Positions 49,311 to 63,031 are shown, counted from the first letter of the stretch. The stretch is DNA of 64,000 bases from Octopus sinensis (GCF_006345805.1 NC_043002.1:44454001-44518000); one strand, 5' to 3'. The notes: generated by a model not told the origin, from the sequence alone. Translations and numbers: made by a program.

Positions 49311-52300
49311 GTCTCACTTCTAGCATCTCTGAGTTTATAGAGATACCCACTAAGAGTGACATTCAATAACAATTTGAAGCTCTTTCTCCTCAGTATCCTC
49401 CAGTCCGACTTTCAGAGAACCGGTGACCCACTGGCTTTTGTCACTAACCATAGGGCTGTCGCTTTAGAGAAGTTCGATGACAGCTCTAAAAGTACAGCTC
49501 TAAAATCTAGAAGAGTGTTGCAGTTAAGCACAGATATCCTGGAGTATATACAGAGAAAAGAACTACCATTCGATTGATTGCTAAACAACTATTAAGAGAC
49601 ACAATCTAGCCTCCGTCACACGAGCATGCTCGCTCCTCTCTCTGTCACTTCAATCTAGCTGTTTTTCTACCCTAAGCGCTGGCTGTTCTCGTACCTCCAT
49701 TAATCAGGCACAACGACCCCTTCGTCTCTCTTTTTGTGTTCAACTCTCCTCCCCCTTACTAACAGCCGCTCCAGAACATTGGTCTCCTAGTATTTTGTTC
49801 CTGTTTATATCTGCCCTGTATATGTTGACCTACGACAGTTTTAAGGGAAAGTTAGTAACATGAAGTTCCTTTGTCTTGAAAGCCTTCCACTAGTCACAGG
49901 AATTTTAAAAAATTCGAAAATATCATTTTATCTGTCCTATATTTATCATTTCGCTCCTTTCATTTTATCTTCTTAATCGGAATTTGTTTCATCTGTTTAC
50001 TTAAATATGAGGTTTAAACCGGTAATCTTGCTACTGTCAATATATTTTCAGGATTTGTATTTAACATGGCGGTTTTCTTATTGCACACACCGGAGCTTGT
50101 TGACAACTTAGATAATGCAACAATGTTAAATTTACATCCGCTTCATTCCTTACAGTGTCGATCCGTTCTTATTTACAATCGATATATATTTATCACTAGG
50201 GTGACAGAGACAAGAATTAAGCGTTTTTCCTTCAAATAATCGGTGACTATTTATAGTCTAAAATGTTTGACCCTATTACAAAGTTAGAAATCAGTGTTTT
50301 ATTTTTCTTCTTTATTTTCCTAAGCATTTAAATACATCAGATTACTTCGCTGAAGAAATCGAAATAGTTCAAAGATAAAGGAAGTAGAATTATACGCTAA
50401 AGAAACGAAACCATAAGTATACTGATAAGATTAAGGCAGTGATTATATTTATAATGAAATGTGGCGAAGAAATAAAAAAAGAACTTTTGGATTAACACGT
50501 GAATAAATAAATGAACTGGAATGAAATTTATGAATGCTGAGTTGAAATGTCGCAATAAATATACACATAGAATTTCACTTTTCAGCTCTAAATTTAAATT
50601 TAATTTTAAATATTTGAGATTCTAGGTGTATACTATGGATTAGCGATTTTATATACCAAATATTGCATAGACAATATTTAAAATGTTAAATCTATTTCTC
50701 CATGCACTTTTACACATGGCATTTTTTATTATATTGACTTAATTTCCGAATAACAATAATAATAATTTCAAATTTTGGTACAAAGTCAGCAATTTCTTTT
50801 TTTGGAGGGGGGGAGGTAAGTCGACTATATCGACCCCCAGTGCTCAACTGATACTTATTTTATCGATATATTAGAAACTTTTCCCACAACTTCTTAAACC
50901 GCCAACAAACAATGTAATAGGACAATAAAACACACTATATTTTATAATATTTTGATAATAATCATACTGTGTCAGAAAAGATAGAGACATAATATTTGCA
51001 GGACATTTATACAGAAGTGAATTGATAGATGAAAACATGTAAAGATGTTATTTAAATTAACACTCATGAAAATTAACTTTAAAACTTTCAGCAACCATTG
51101 AATTCATGTAACACAAACAGAGTAAATCTTCTCTCCAGTTGCTTCCTAATAATATTGGTAAAGACAAAACAAAATACATAAAACATCTTTTCGGAAGTAT
51201 TATAGCATTCCTGTGAAATGATAACTTTTAGCTAATTTTTTTTCTTTACTTTTACTTGACGAAAATCGACACAGCTTATCTTTTCCTTTTTGTTTTTTTC
51301 TTTTACTATTCATTTACTTTAATTATATTAAGAGTTAACGTTGACATTGTTGAAATGCTTTCGAAATACGTCTGAAGAGACCATAATTTGTTGCTTGTTC
51401 TGTTTACATCTATAATCAAGCTCTTCTGAACTGTCAATTTTATCCGCCTCTTTACATGCAGATAAGCATTATACATTTCCTAGATGCCAGCTCTATAAAA
51501 CTGAAGAGCTACTTTCAATTTTTTGCAGAGTTGAGAGGGCGAATTTTTTTCTCCCTGGCGGGCTTATCTTTACTACATTGTAAAGAAAGATGTTTTGTAA
51601 TTTCCTAGCAAACTATAAATTTACTGAGCTCATCACGAAAATATAAATTTCCAAAATCATTATTTTGAATATCATATTTAACATTGTTCAATTTCAAATG
51701 TAGGTGTTTAGATAATAATATCCTACATAAATTTTCTTTTTAGGCAACGTGTCACTAAAATACAGGAAGAATTAGGAAACTCGTCAATTTCGCTTCTGCA
51801 ACTATACTAAATGCCTCTGATTTCTATTTTCATTTCCAACATCCCTCAACTGCTAACATATTCATATGTATTTGCAGAATATCCATAATATTGGCTTCAA
51901 ATGTTGGTACAATACCAGTAATTTCGGGGAGAACGATTTGTCGATTACATCGACCCCAGCGCTAAATATAAGGAAGGTTGAAAAATAACACACATAGTTC
52001 CTCTTCAAACAGGGTTAATGTTTTACAGTAAAAAAGGAAAATAAGACAAGGTAGAAAATGCATTTAGTACCGGTTTCCAAAGCGAGTTTTTTCAACCAAA
52101 GCATGAAAAACAATTAAATTGTGGCAAAATTAGATTAAATGTTTTTTCTTTAAATATTTCCCTACTTTTCAAATGCAAGGGACATATTTTCCTTTTTATT
52201 GTGTGTATGTGTGTGTGTATGTGTGTGTGTGTGTTTTACTCTTGTGAAGGTTTGGTAGTAGGTAGTAAGAAGAAGACCGAAAAGAAGAGAAAGAATTAGA

Positions 52301-52454
52301 AAATACGGGAGTGGTATGACTAGTAGGATATTGGTGGAATCCTCTTAAATGGTCAAGTGAACTAAAAGTGACCTCTTGTCGTTATAATAGTAGTGATTGA
52401 AATTGTTCTGCATAAATTCATGGGTAGTTACTGTTCTTAATATATCGTTTTAAT

Positions 52455-52855
52455 ATTTTCCTAGGTATTATTATAAAACCCTTGCTGCAGTGTCATTTGT
52501 AATGGACGCATTGAAAAAGGGTTTATATTTTGCTCTGAAATATGACTCTTTGTTAATGCACATATTAGGTTGCGTCGTCCCTGAATTTATAGTGGGGAAA
52601 AACTCTTAGGTTGTTAATTACTGGCGCAAATGTCGATGTGTTCGCTAAATGCTATTTTTCTGTATTTTAATCTGGGATATATGTAGTGTCATCCTTTGAC
52701 GTAGACTGTTTTGGGTTTGGCCACTATATTGCTCTCGATACCTTGAGCAAGTTAATACATATATTAGGTTTTTAGAAGCGCATGTGAAGTTGTTTTTTAC
52801 TGTAAAACGTTAAACCTGTTTCAAAAAGAACTCCGATCCCTCAATTAGGTTGACC
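52455..52855 (-). mobile_element. Neptune-type PLE GIY-YIG endonuclease relic
   Basis: NLIEGSEF...FTVKNNFTCASKNLIYVLTCSRYREQYSGQTQNSLRQRMTLH...SEHIDIC...KESYFRAKYKPFFN. Confidence 0.75.
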
Positions 52856-53868
52856 CATTTTTTTACTGACGGCTACAGTTTCGTCATCCGAGTAAGTAAA
52901 TATTGCAATTTATTTTTCGGACACTCATCCTGCTCATTGCCCTGCGTAACACCAATTATATTATGATCTTCACTTTCCAATCTTAAAGATATTGTCGAAC
53001 GTATAAAACGACTATAAATAAAATTATATCACTGCACCACAGAAAGTAGCAAATAGTTATCGGATAAAACCACGGTTATGTATACAAATTGTACCTTATC
53101 ATCTGTGAAGAGAACTGTTCAGTTGTACGTCGATCCCGATGTGAAGTAGAAATGTCGTAGACGAGTTCTATTGTCGTTTAGCTCTAAGTCAACAATAATC
53201 GAACTGACATAAACAAATCCGTTATATGTGTGATCATCGCTTTGGTATATCTTTGATTTCATTACACAATGTGTCAGAGTCAAAGCCGCTGTTTAATGCA
53301 TCTGAAAAGCGACCTTATTTGTTTCGGACTTAATTGACATTACAGATTAACAAGAATGATATTAAAAGTTAGAACTTTCATACCCAAGTTAATTTAACCT
53401 CTGAATCAAAAGTAAATCTATACTTGCCACGAAACAAATTAAGAAAGCTAATAATGCACTGCTTATTTTCTGACACAACAAGAAACCTATATGAAATAGA
53501 TAAGGCAACATCTAAACAACCACTTAAAGCGAAAAGCAGCGAAAAGCAGCGAAAAGCTAAGCTTAAACTACGAAATAGATTGTAAATCATAACTAAATGG
53601 CAAGTGTTTTATAACTATTCAACTGTCAAAGTACATTTAACCTGAAATTCGTATCAATTATCCCAACTAAATGAAATTTATTTAAAGGTAGTAAAATCAC
53701 TTTAAACAACATTAACAATAACATTAGGAAAACTATTAATCTACATTAGTGGAGTACTAAGAACGACATCATTAACTGGTCCATTAAGTTCTCAAAAATA
53801 AAACTATATTTTGATTTACTTAGTTCGAACATGTTTAATTTTACTCTTTCCATATCTGAAACTGTGAA

Positions 53869-54180
53869 GGCACATGGCTCACTAGTTAGAGCGTCAGACT
53901 CACAATCACGAGGTAGTGAGTTCGATTCCCAGACAGGGCTGTGTGCTGTGTTCTTGAGCAAAACATTTTATGTCACGTTGCTCCAGTTCACTCAGTACAA
54001 ATGAGTTGTGACGTCACTGGTACCAAGCTATAGATGCCTTTACCTTTCCATTGGGTAACATCAGCGGTGTGGAGAGGAGGGGAGGCTGATATGCATGGGC
54101 GACTGCTGGTTTTCCATAAACAATCATGCCCAGACTTATGTCTTGGAAGATAACTTTCTAGGTGCTATACCATGATCATT
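53869..54180 (+). mobile_element. tRNA-derived CORE-like SINE (subfamily A)
   Basis: Collinear with 41192-41537; B box GTTCGATTCC at 53920. Confidence 0.85.
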
Positions 54181-54859
54181 CTGAAGCTGCACCCTAGAAT
54201 CTGCTAAGAATGACCAAACAATAAATGACAGTGATTTTGTAAGAGAAAAGACAGAACAGTTGTTTAATTAGGACACCGCCTATGTCAGAAACCTTGATTC
54301 CTACGCCATACGTATGGGATTATCTGACAGTCCTGATATATGTTATCATACAATATTATACATCTTAGATTTTCTTACAAAGCAATTTACAACATAACTT
54401 GGTTTTTTACATTGACGATCAATAAGATTTAACAAAATTATAATAAGACAAACTCTGGACGAATTGTAGAAGAATATAATGAAAACTTATAGCATTTTCA
54501 GTCTTAAAATGACGATAGCCACTAACTTAGTTACTGCTACTTTTTTCTCTACTAATGTAGACTGAAAAAGAAACTTCCGTATATCATTCAGAAAATGTAA
54601 TGAAAATCGTTTTTTACATTATATAGATTTAAAAGCATCATCAGTAATATTGTTGGTGGGATTTCCAACCTGTCCACCTAAAAATATACAATCGATAAAT
54701 TTGTTGTATTTCCTTGGCACCTCGCCTTACTATAAAATAAAATGAGGCGGCATAATATAATGACGTTTACAAATCTTATTTCAGTTCATGTTAAATCCAA
54801 TTTAGATAAATCGAAAAGTAAAAAGAGTTGCATCATGCATGTATGTGTGTGTTTGTGTG

Positions 54860-54902
<43 letters not shown>

Positions 54903-55724
54903 TATAATTTAGAAGAAACAGTATAAACATTGTCATTATAGTACTCGGAGTTTCAAATGTCGGAGTGAAGAGCTACGATACATTCTAGACGGTTATTAAT
55001 AGTAACAAACGCTATTTACATAACACATACACCAATAAAACTGAAGTCACATGCTCTGAAGAAACACAAATATAGACTTATTTTATAAAATAACGCCTTG
55101 ATTGATGCTGTAAAGAACACGGGTATATAATTCAGCGTGAATGAGGCAAGTAAACTATATATATGTATGGTAGAAGAACAAAGTAAGCAAGGATTCAATA
55201 ATCATACATGTTCCATTTGACATATACAGAGAAATGGAGCGCAGGATTACAATACTGAATGGAAAATAACTGGAATTTCTTTAAAACAGGCACAAAACAC
55301 CTGGAGTTAAAAGATGTGATCTGTACACAGCAGGGTAAGTAGAAAAACTTTATAACTCCTATAATGAAAACCTCAGTTTAAAGACCAGACCGGAGATAAT
55401 CAAGAAAATGTTCATTATGGAATTAAACATTTTCACATGTGCATGAATATTTGAATGCATTTCAATCTTACTTTTCATCTTTGCGCAATTTTTCATGCTT
55501 TTCTCTCGTTTAACTTATATTTCTCAAAATTAGTTTTCCTTGTAGCACCATCAACTCCCACCCACCCTTCACTATTATGATTTCCCCGCATTGTTGATGT
55601 AGTGATTCTCCTCTTAAATCTACATAACACATCTCTTCTCTTCATTTTTTTTTTTCATAAAATACTTTAATCAGGTAAAATGCGATACTGATATTACTCC
55701 CCAAATTGAACAACTCACATTTAC

Positions 55725-56102
55725 ATTTTTCTCTCCTTGTTTCTTTCTGAGGAAGAGCGTAGGCTGGAAACGTTAAATACTCTTTTTAATTCCCGAGCGT
55801 TAAACTAATACATCTGTTTGCTTTCTACACCCCCTATCTTCATCTTTTGTTCTTTTCGTGAATTCTTCCTCCCCCCCACATATATATATATATATATAGG
55901 GAGAGTTTACGAAAAAAACAAAAGACGAAGACAGGTGGTGTACAAAACAAACAGATGTATTAGTATAACGCTCAGGAATAGAAAAAGTCTTTTAGGTTTC
56001 GAGCCTACGCTCTTCTACAGAAAGGGACACAGAAAAAAAACAAGGGGAGAAACAAGGACAGAAAAAATGTGTGTAGTGACTAACGATCTATCATGGCGAT
56101 CT

Positions 56103-56105
<3 letters not shown>
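55725..56105. mobile_element. Tail-to-tail pair of short variant-hammerhead repeats joined through (TA)n
   Basis: + copy 55725-55872 (TTT-CTGAGGA-A-GAGC-GTAG-GCTG-GAAAC-GTT-AAA at 55744-55777). - copy 55899-56105 (CTTT-CTGTAGA-A-GAGC-GTAG-GCTC-GAAAC-CTA-AAAG at 56024-55989). Confidence 0.75.
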
Positions 56106-56161
<56 letters not shown>

Positions 56162-56623
56162 CTAGTGGTTGAGCTTGTCTAAATATGCAGTTAACTACGG
56201 ATAACTCCTACGGACGAAGAGACAGAAATACGTATTTAGCAATCTTACCATCACTGCCGGGTGATTTTCTTCTGCTACTGATATATTACTGTGTTCTTCA
56301 ACACTATAGGTCTATATGATATGTTATCTTATAGAGACAAAAGTATCTCTACTTTAAGTGTGATGAATAAACTAGTATATATTTGTATACACATATATGG
56401 CGACATACATAACTTTACACTTTTCCTATGAGCAAGTAAATTTGCACTACAGTATCTGACAATTTGTTTCAAGAAAATTAGCACGTACAGTGATAGACTG
56501 TTACTCTGATATTATATGTATAGACTGCTATATCTAGAGCTCAAGAAAAGCTTAAATTATAGGCTACCTTGTTTAAATACTTGCACGCACACAACACACA
56601 CACACACACAACACACACACACA

Positions 56624-56654
<31 letters not shown>

Positions 56655-56933
56655 ACATTGGGGCAAAATTAATTAATTATTAATCAATTTCACCAAGTGT
56701 TCAGTATGCAAAGGGACCATTCAAGGCGAATTCAAATTATTACATTATATAAAAGGGCTTAGTAAAATAAATTACTTTGCCGCATACTGAACTCATTAGA
56801 AATAGCAGCTAAAAAAAATTTTTTAAAACTATTTCTAATACTTAAAGAAAATCTCTCTCATATATAGTGTTTGCTTAATTCAACTCACAAAAGTTTGGGG
56901 GTAAGGACATCGAAAAATCAAATGCTAAGGTTA

Positions 56934-56990
56934 TTCGAGAACGTACGTTTCAAGATTAGTCAAAACAACATTTCTATCATCGGCTCAGAA
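56934..56990 (-). ncRNA. Variant type I hammerhead-like motif in the 541-bp unit
   Basis: TGAG-CCGATGA-tAGA...TCTt-GAAAC-GTAC-GTT-CTCG; U4C change and mismatched first stem II pair; AACGTACGTT palindrome. Confidence 0.45.
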
Positions 56991-57814
56991 ATTCCTTGGT
57001 TTGGATTGGAAACACTGAAAATAAGAACATACCCTTTCGAAGATCTGCTTCCAACTAACAGTGCCAACAAATTCAAATAAGCAATGCAGAATCTCTGTTC
57101 TCACCTTTCCACAGCGTGGGTTAAAAACATCAAACACTATGCTTATTTCGGTAAAATCCGAAGCATTAATCAGAGGGAGATTAATTATAATTTCAACAAT
57201 TGAGGGCAAATTAATTAATTATTAATCAATTTCACCAGTGTTCAGTATGCAAAGGGACCATTCAAGGCGAATTCAAATTATTACATTATATAAAAGGGCT
57301 TAGTAAAATAAATTACTTTGCCGCATACTGAACTCATTAGAAATAGCAGCTAAAAAATTAATTAATTATTAATCAATTTCACCAAGTGGAATTAAGCAAA
57401 CAAATATATGAGAGAGATTTCTTTAGATTATTAGAAATAGTTTTAAAAAATTTTTTAGCTGCTATTTCTAATGAGTTCAGTATGCGGCAAAGTAATTTAT
57501 TTTACTAAGCCCTTTTATATAATGTAAATTTGAATTCGCTTGAATGGTCCCTTTGCATACTGAACACTTGGTGAAATTGATTATATTATTAATTATTGCC
57601 CTCAATTGTTTGAAATTATAATTAATCTCCCTCTGATTAATGCTTCGTTTTACCGAATAAGCATAGTGTTTGATGTTTTTAACCCACGCTGGTGGATAGG
57701 GAGAACAGAGATTCTTCGCTTGCTTATTTGAATTTGTTGGCACTGTTAGTTGGAAGCAGATCTTCGAAAGGGTATGTTCTTATTTTCAGTGTTTCCAAAT
57801 CCAAACCAAGGAAT

Positions 57815-57871
57815 TTCTGAGCCGATGATAGAAATGTTGTTTTGACTAATCTTGAAACGTACGTTCTCGAA
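57815..57871 (+). ncRNA. Variant type I hammerhead-like motif (inverted-arm copy)
   Basis: Same motif: CCGATGA at 57822-57828, GAAAC at 57854-57858, GTT at 57863-57865. Confidence 0.45.
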
Positions 57872-58976
57872 TAACCTTAGCATTTGATTTTTTCGATGTC
57901 CTTACCCCCAAACTTTTGTGAGTTGAATTAAGCAACACTATATATGAGAGAGATTTTCTTTAAGTATAGAAATAGTTTTAAAAAAAATTTTTTAGCTGCT
58001 ATTTCTAATGAGTTCAGTATGCGGCAAAGTAATTTATTTTACTAAGCCCTTTTATATAATATATTATATATATATATATATTATATATATATTATAATAT
58101 ATATTATATATATATATACATAACTCCATCTATCTATCTACACACACACACATAATATATATTTTATTAAAAAGCAGCAAAAATATCACAAAAACTGTTA
58201 CTCAAAGTTTCACGTTCCGGTTGCATGCAATAACAAATGCAGTTTAAAATCATATTATTAATTATAAAAATCGAAGAAAACCTTAAATCAAAAACACCTT
58301 ATAAAGAAGGAAGAGGCCTGAATACCCAGGGTAGATAATTAGCTGTAAAATATTAATAAAAAAATAAATTAAAAGATATATTCGTTTAAAATCAATTTCA
58401 CGCTAGATTACATATACATTTAGCAGTATATACACATACCAAACAATCCGTAATATACATATATACACTAAACATATAGACGCAGATACATGACTATTTA
58501 CAAGACATAAATATATACAAATGGATATATATGTATGCACGCATGCATACCCACGTGCACAAAATCTCCTCGCGAATGCTTACACAAGTTAGTTGTTACA
58601 GGCGAAAGAAAGAAAGAGAAAAAAACAGATAATAATAAGTAGAGGGGAGAAATAAAACAGTAGAAAACAAGAAAAAGAAATAAAAGCAAAAAACAAAACA
58701 CTAGAGAGAGGAAGGGGAAAATATATAGGGATAGAGATGTTGAATTGATGGCACTCGAAAAGTATTTATAGATGTTTAGATACTTCATTTAGCTCGCGAA
58801 ACGAACACATAAAAACACACACATAAAATTACATGTATAACTACATGAATACAAATATACATACAAATACACGCACATATAGATGCGCATACAAATATAC
58901 AAAGAATATGTACGCAAATACATGCCCACATATATAAAAGTATATACACATATACATATACGCACACATATATATG

Positions 58977-59035
<59 letters not shown>

Positions 59036-59129
59036 TTATTTATAAATATATATATATATATAGAACTATATCTCTTCATATAATAACAAACTGTTAAATA
59101 TTAATACATTTACTAATACTAACATTAAT

Positions 59130-59584
59130 TTATCTAATACCATCCAACCCTCTAGAAATATTAATAACAAGGTTATTGTATCTGAAGTCAATTCCAATAG
59201 AATTAAGTTTATGTCAAGTAACTCTAAGATTAAAAATTCTATATACCAGTGTATAATCAGTACGCGTAATAAAGTACGACTTTACATTGGAAGCACATCG
59301 TTAGAGTTATCTAAAAGAATTTCTATCCAATAGAAATAAACGTAATAGTACCGGTCTCAGCAAACTGATTTGGGATTTAAAAGACCACAATGAACAATTT
59401 CATTTAGAATGGTTGATTCTCTCAATTTCCATACATTATGACAAAGGCAAGGAATTCTGTCTTCTCTGCAATTCTGAGCTATTTTTCATTATTTTTTTCT
59501 AACAATCCCCTAGTAAACACGATTATAGAGCGAGCATACAGATGTAAACATTGGCAAAAACACACCTTTAGTGCATATAAGTAG
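59130..59584 (+). mobile_element. PLE GIY-YIG endonuclease fragment (same type as the 60.6-62.1 kb element) with downstream pseudo-LTR
   Basis: NSIYQCIIS...YIGST (59241-59297); STGLSKLIWDLKD; CLLCNSE; RCKH...*(59584). Confidence 0.75.
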
Positions 59585-59780
59585 TCTCTATCATTATATA
59601 TAATTTAAACTTTAATTTCCTTTATATTTAACATTCACTATTAGTATCCCAACTCTTTCTGTGAGCTACTTATGACGTTATATCATATAACGTTTTTTTA
59701 AACAATATTAATAGCGTTCAGTCAATCACTATACAAATCCATCATTTTTTGCTAAAATGACTTATTGACGAGTTTCGTTT

Positions 59781-59864
59781 TTTTCCTGAAGAGAAGATTG
59801 CATTGTTTATACCACTTATTCTTTTGAATAGTATCAATGGAATTTTCGAAACATGTGTCGAAAG
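59781..59864 (+). ncRNA. Type I hammerhead ribozyme, intact core
   Basis: TTTTC-CTGAAGA-GAAGATTgCATTG[ATAC..TATTC-tttt-GAATA..GTAT]CAATGgAATTTTC-GAAAC-ATGT-GTC-GAAAG. 13-bp stem II with one mismatch; palindromic stem III; cleavage predicted after 59859. Confidence 0.8.
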
Positions 59865-60066
59865 TTAAAATATTTGATTTACACCTGCGTTAACCCCATT
59901 TATTTAGTTATATATTATTCAAAATATTCCACGTAAACACGAAGTTTCTACCTTTATAAACAAGGAGTTACAACATCTTTACTTGTGAGATTTTTGCTAC
60001 CCTGATAACTATTTATTTATTTTTTCCATGTTAAATGTTAACAAAGTAAAAATACACTCATCTATT

Positions 60067-60114
<48 letters not shown>

Positions 60115-60589
60115 CACACATATATATATATATGCACACACATACATATACATGCACATACATACAATACATATATACACATAAATATATATAGAGAGAC
60201 ATATTTTCACATCAAGATAAATATATACATCATAACGTATGTACGTAAACAATTTTAAAATATAACAAAAATATAACATAACTAAATGTTAATTATGTTA
60301 TGATATAACATAATTATGATATAACATAATTAAATGAGTGATTAAACAATAAAAATAAACCTCGGTGAAGTTTAAGCTTAAACAGTCAAAGGTTTTCTTA
60401 AAAGTGAAGTCGAAATATGCACTAGCATTGTTATACAAAATATCTATAACGTGTATGGTCAAATTCAAATGTGACAGTCAAACTGTTCCGAAAGTCAAAA
60501 CATTTTACGCATATGGTATTTTATCGGTCGACATTTTAAACGTCGTGGCGTGCTTGCAGGAATTTAAGAGCTCGCATCTCTGGTTCAAA

Positions 60590-62110
60590 ATATGTTTATC
60601 CTAGAAGATGAAGGCCTTTTCTGAGAGGCAAAGATTACATTTCATAGGTCTTTTATAAGCTCCTTGTCTGTATGATGATGCTTTTTACTAGAATTTGCTA
60701 GTTCACATTGAAAGGACGGGTGTCATTCTCTTTCAGTTCACAGACATGCTTTGCAGACTAGTTGCTATCCTTTTCTCGGAGTATCGGAAAGAATTTCGGT
60801 GGGAATATAGAATCGAGTCTTGAATGAATTGTTCGATACCCCTGTGTATGTTTTATATTTTTGTGAGCAATCTACTTACATTTTGGCTCTATAAACAATT
60901 CCTTTTTCTAGACAATTTCCTTCCAACGGACAGTAAGTCTTATCTTTGAAGTTGCAGTTCCTCAGATTAGCTTCGCCACTGTAGTTGTTTGTAATAATTT
61001 TCGTGTTATGCGGGTTGGTAAAAGAGGCGAAGGTTTTGCAAAAAGAATAGCCAACCTTCAGTGTCCCATTAAATATTCTACAGAACTTACGGCTAGATTG
61101 AAAATGTTTAGAAACTAATTTTAAGGATTCCCTACCTATATTATTTTTTACGGCAATATTGAATGCGGGGTTAAACCACAAAACTTTCCTAGTCCTAGTT
61201 CTATGTGGTCTATTATTGTTAGAATTAACTTGACTATAAACCGAAAATCCACTTTTTCCTTAACGCATTATTGCAATACGGCGCAGCATTTTGAAATGCT
61301 GTGTCAATCTTAAGAATTACAGATGGATGATTAGATTCTTTGCTAATATAACGGCTTTTCATTAGGCTTACAGCAGGGTTTAAATTTATCTAATTCCAAA
61401 TCTAAGTTGATATCTAAAAAATCTACGTTATTAAGATTACTTTCTATCGTAATCCGTAACCACATTCTTTGTAAAAATGTAATCAGATTCTTCCTAAGTT
61501 CATCTAACTTATAGCCGTTTAAATTATGGGTGACTATAAGACCGCCATCCCTGTATAATCCTGCATCTATAAAAGGGAATTCTAGATGCAGATTATGCAA
61601 AGTATAAATTCTTATAAGCATACACAACTCCACCGCATCATATGTCCCCATCAATACAGCGAAAAGATAATCCTTACTCTTTTGACTGAGATGGAATCAT
61701 CGTAAAAAAGAAGGGATTTCCTTACATGTAGGATATCTATTTCCGAGCTATCGATGGTAAGATACTGCTTGGCGAAGTCTAATGCTTTTAGAAACAAAGG
61801 CCTAGATATTGATGAGTAAAAATCGACAATATCAAACTGCGAAGATTTGCAGTTATGCTTAAGGCTAATCGCTTTCAACCACTGACTTGCTATTTCCCAA
61901 AGCCATAAATTTAATTCACTATTTAACTTGCTTCTAAAATATATTTGCTAGTAATGCCTATTTCAGTTTTAGCTGGGTTAATTAGTCTACATTTAGGGTT
62001 TCTATTGAAATTAGCTTTGTGGTCTTTTAGGGTAATAAAGGTTTGGCGTGTGGGGAGGTATTCTATCCTATTACTAACTTTAAGGTTGTTAGCAATTCTT
62101 CTTGCCTCCA
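60590..62110 (-). mobile_element. Decayed PLE with YRD(D)-type RT, Cys-rich linker and C-terminal GIY-YIG (possibly Hydra clade)
   Basis: FITLKDHKANFNRNPKCRLINPAK; QFDIVDFYSSI; MGTYD; GLYRDGGL; DFLDINLDL; WFNPAF; CNFKDKTYCPLEGNCLEKGIVYRA; YTGVSNNSFKTRF; CNLCLSEK. Confidence 0.85.
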
Positions 62111-62642
62111 AATTCAGTGATAGGATAGAATATCTCCCTCACACACCAAACCTTCATTACATGAAAGAAAATTGCCTGAGAACTTTCATCTAATTCTTCC
62201 AAGTCTTTCTGTAAAAACTTAATTAACAGAGACATTTATTTACATGAAGGAGAATTATAGGAGAACTTTGATCTAATTCTCCCAAATCTTTCTGTTAAAA
62301 TTGTATTGAAACCATATGTGGGGATTTTCTTTTTCATCACATAGTATAACAGCACAAAGAATAACAGAATGTACTGAAGAATGCCAGCACGCTAGCAGCA
62401 TTACCACGGGCGATGGCGAGGATAAGGTGTTAAATCTACAACCTAGGAAATGCAACGAATATGTAAATCTGTGAAAAACTTGTAGTTCAAATATTCCATA
62501 AACTTCAGAAACCGAAATTACAGGAAATTTCTTGGAACGTGAATTTATGAAAAAATTCCGGACAGTCGAGCCTTTAATATTTGCTTTCTATAAGCAAGTA
62601 TTACATACCTAATTAATAAACAGCTTTCTCCAGTATAATATG

Positions 62643-62688
<46 letters not shown>

Positions 62689-62771
62689 CACGAGAGTGGG
62701 CTGAATATGATATATATATATATATACACGAGTGTGGGCTGAATATACTTATATTTATATATATACATACA

Positions 62772-63031
62772 TAATAAAATAATAAATGCGCCCTTTTAAA
62801 GCCTAGCCAGGCACAGGAGCCCGGTTTCCCGGTTTCAATGGCGTATGTGTGCCCCAGCTGGACGGGACGCCAGTCCATCGCAGCGTTACTCATTTTTGCC
62901 AGCTGAATGGACTGGTGCAACGTGAAATGAAGTGTTTTGTTCAAGAACACGAGTCGCCCGGTCCAGGAATCGAAACCAAAATCTTACGATCATGATGCTG
63001 ACACCCTAACCACTAAGCCACGCGCCTCCAC
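62772..63031 (-). mobile_element. Full-length tRNA-derived CORE-like SINE (subfamily B)
   Basis: Collinear with 45545-45805. Confidence 0.85.

Larger units (their letters stand above)
56646..58058. repeat. 541-bp unit present as unit plus partial in direct orientation, then unit plus partial inverted
   Basis: tttcaac recurs at 56650 and 57191; the inversion starts at 57389; the arms differ mostly by 1-3-nt indels; (TA)n on both flanks. Confidence 0.9.

Noticed and set aside
48364-49372. Poly-K/R/L/F/E ORFs
   Set aside because: Read-through of (AAG)n, (GGA)n and (AAT)n triplet repeats.
55230-55334. Plus-strand exon-like segment ending AGG|GTAAGT
   Set aside because: Stops in all frames, and GTAAGT is expected many times by chance in 64 kb of AT-rich DNA.
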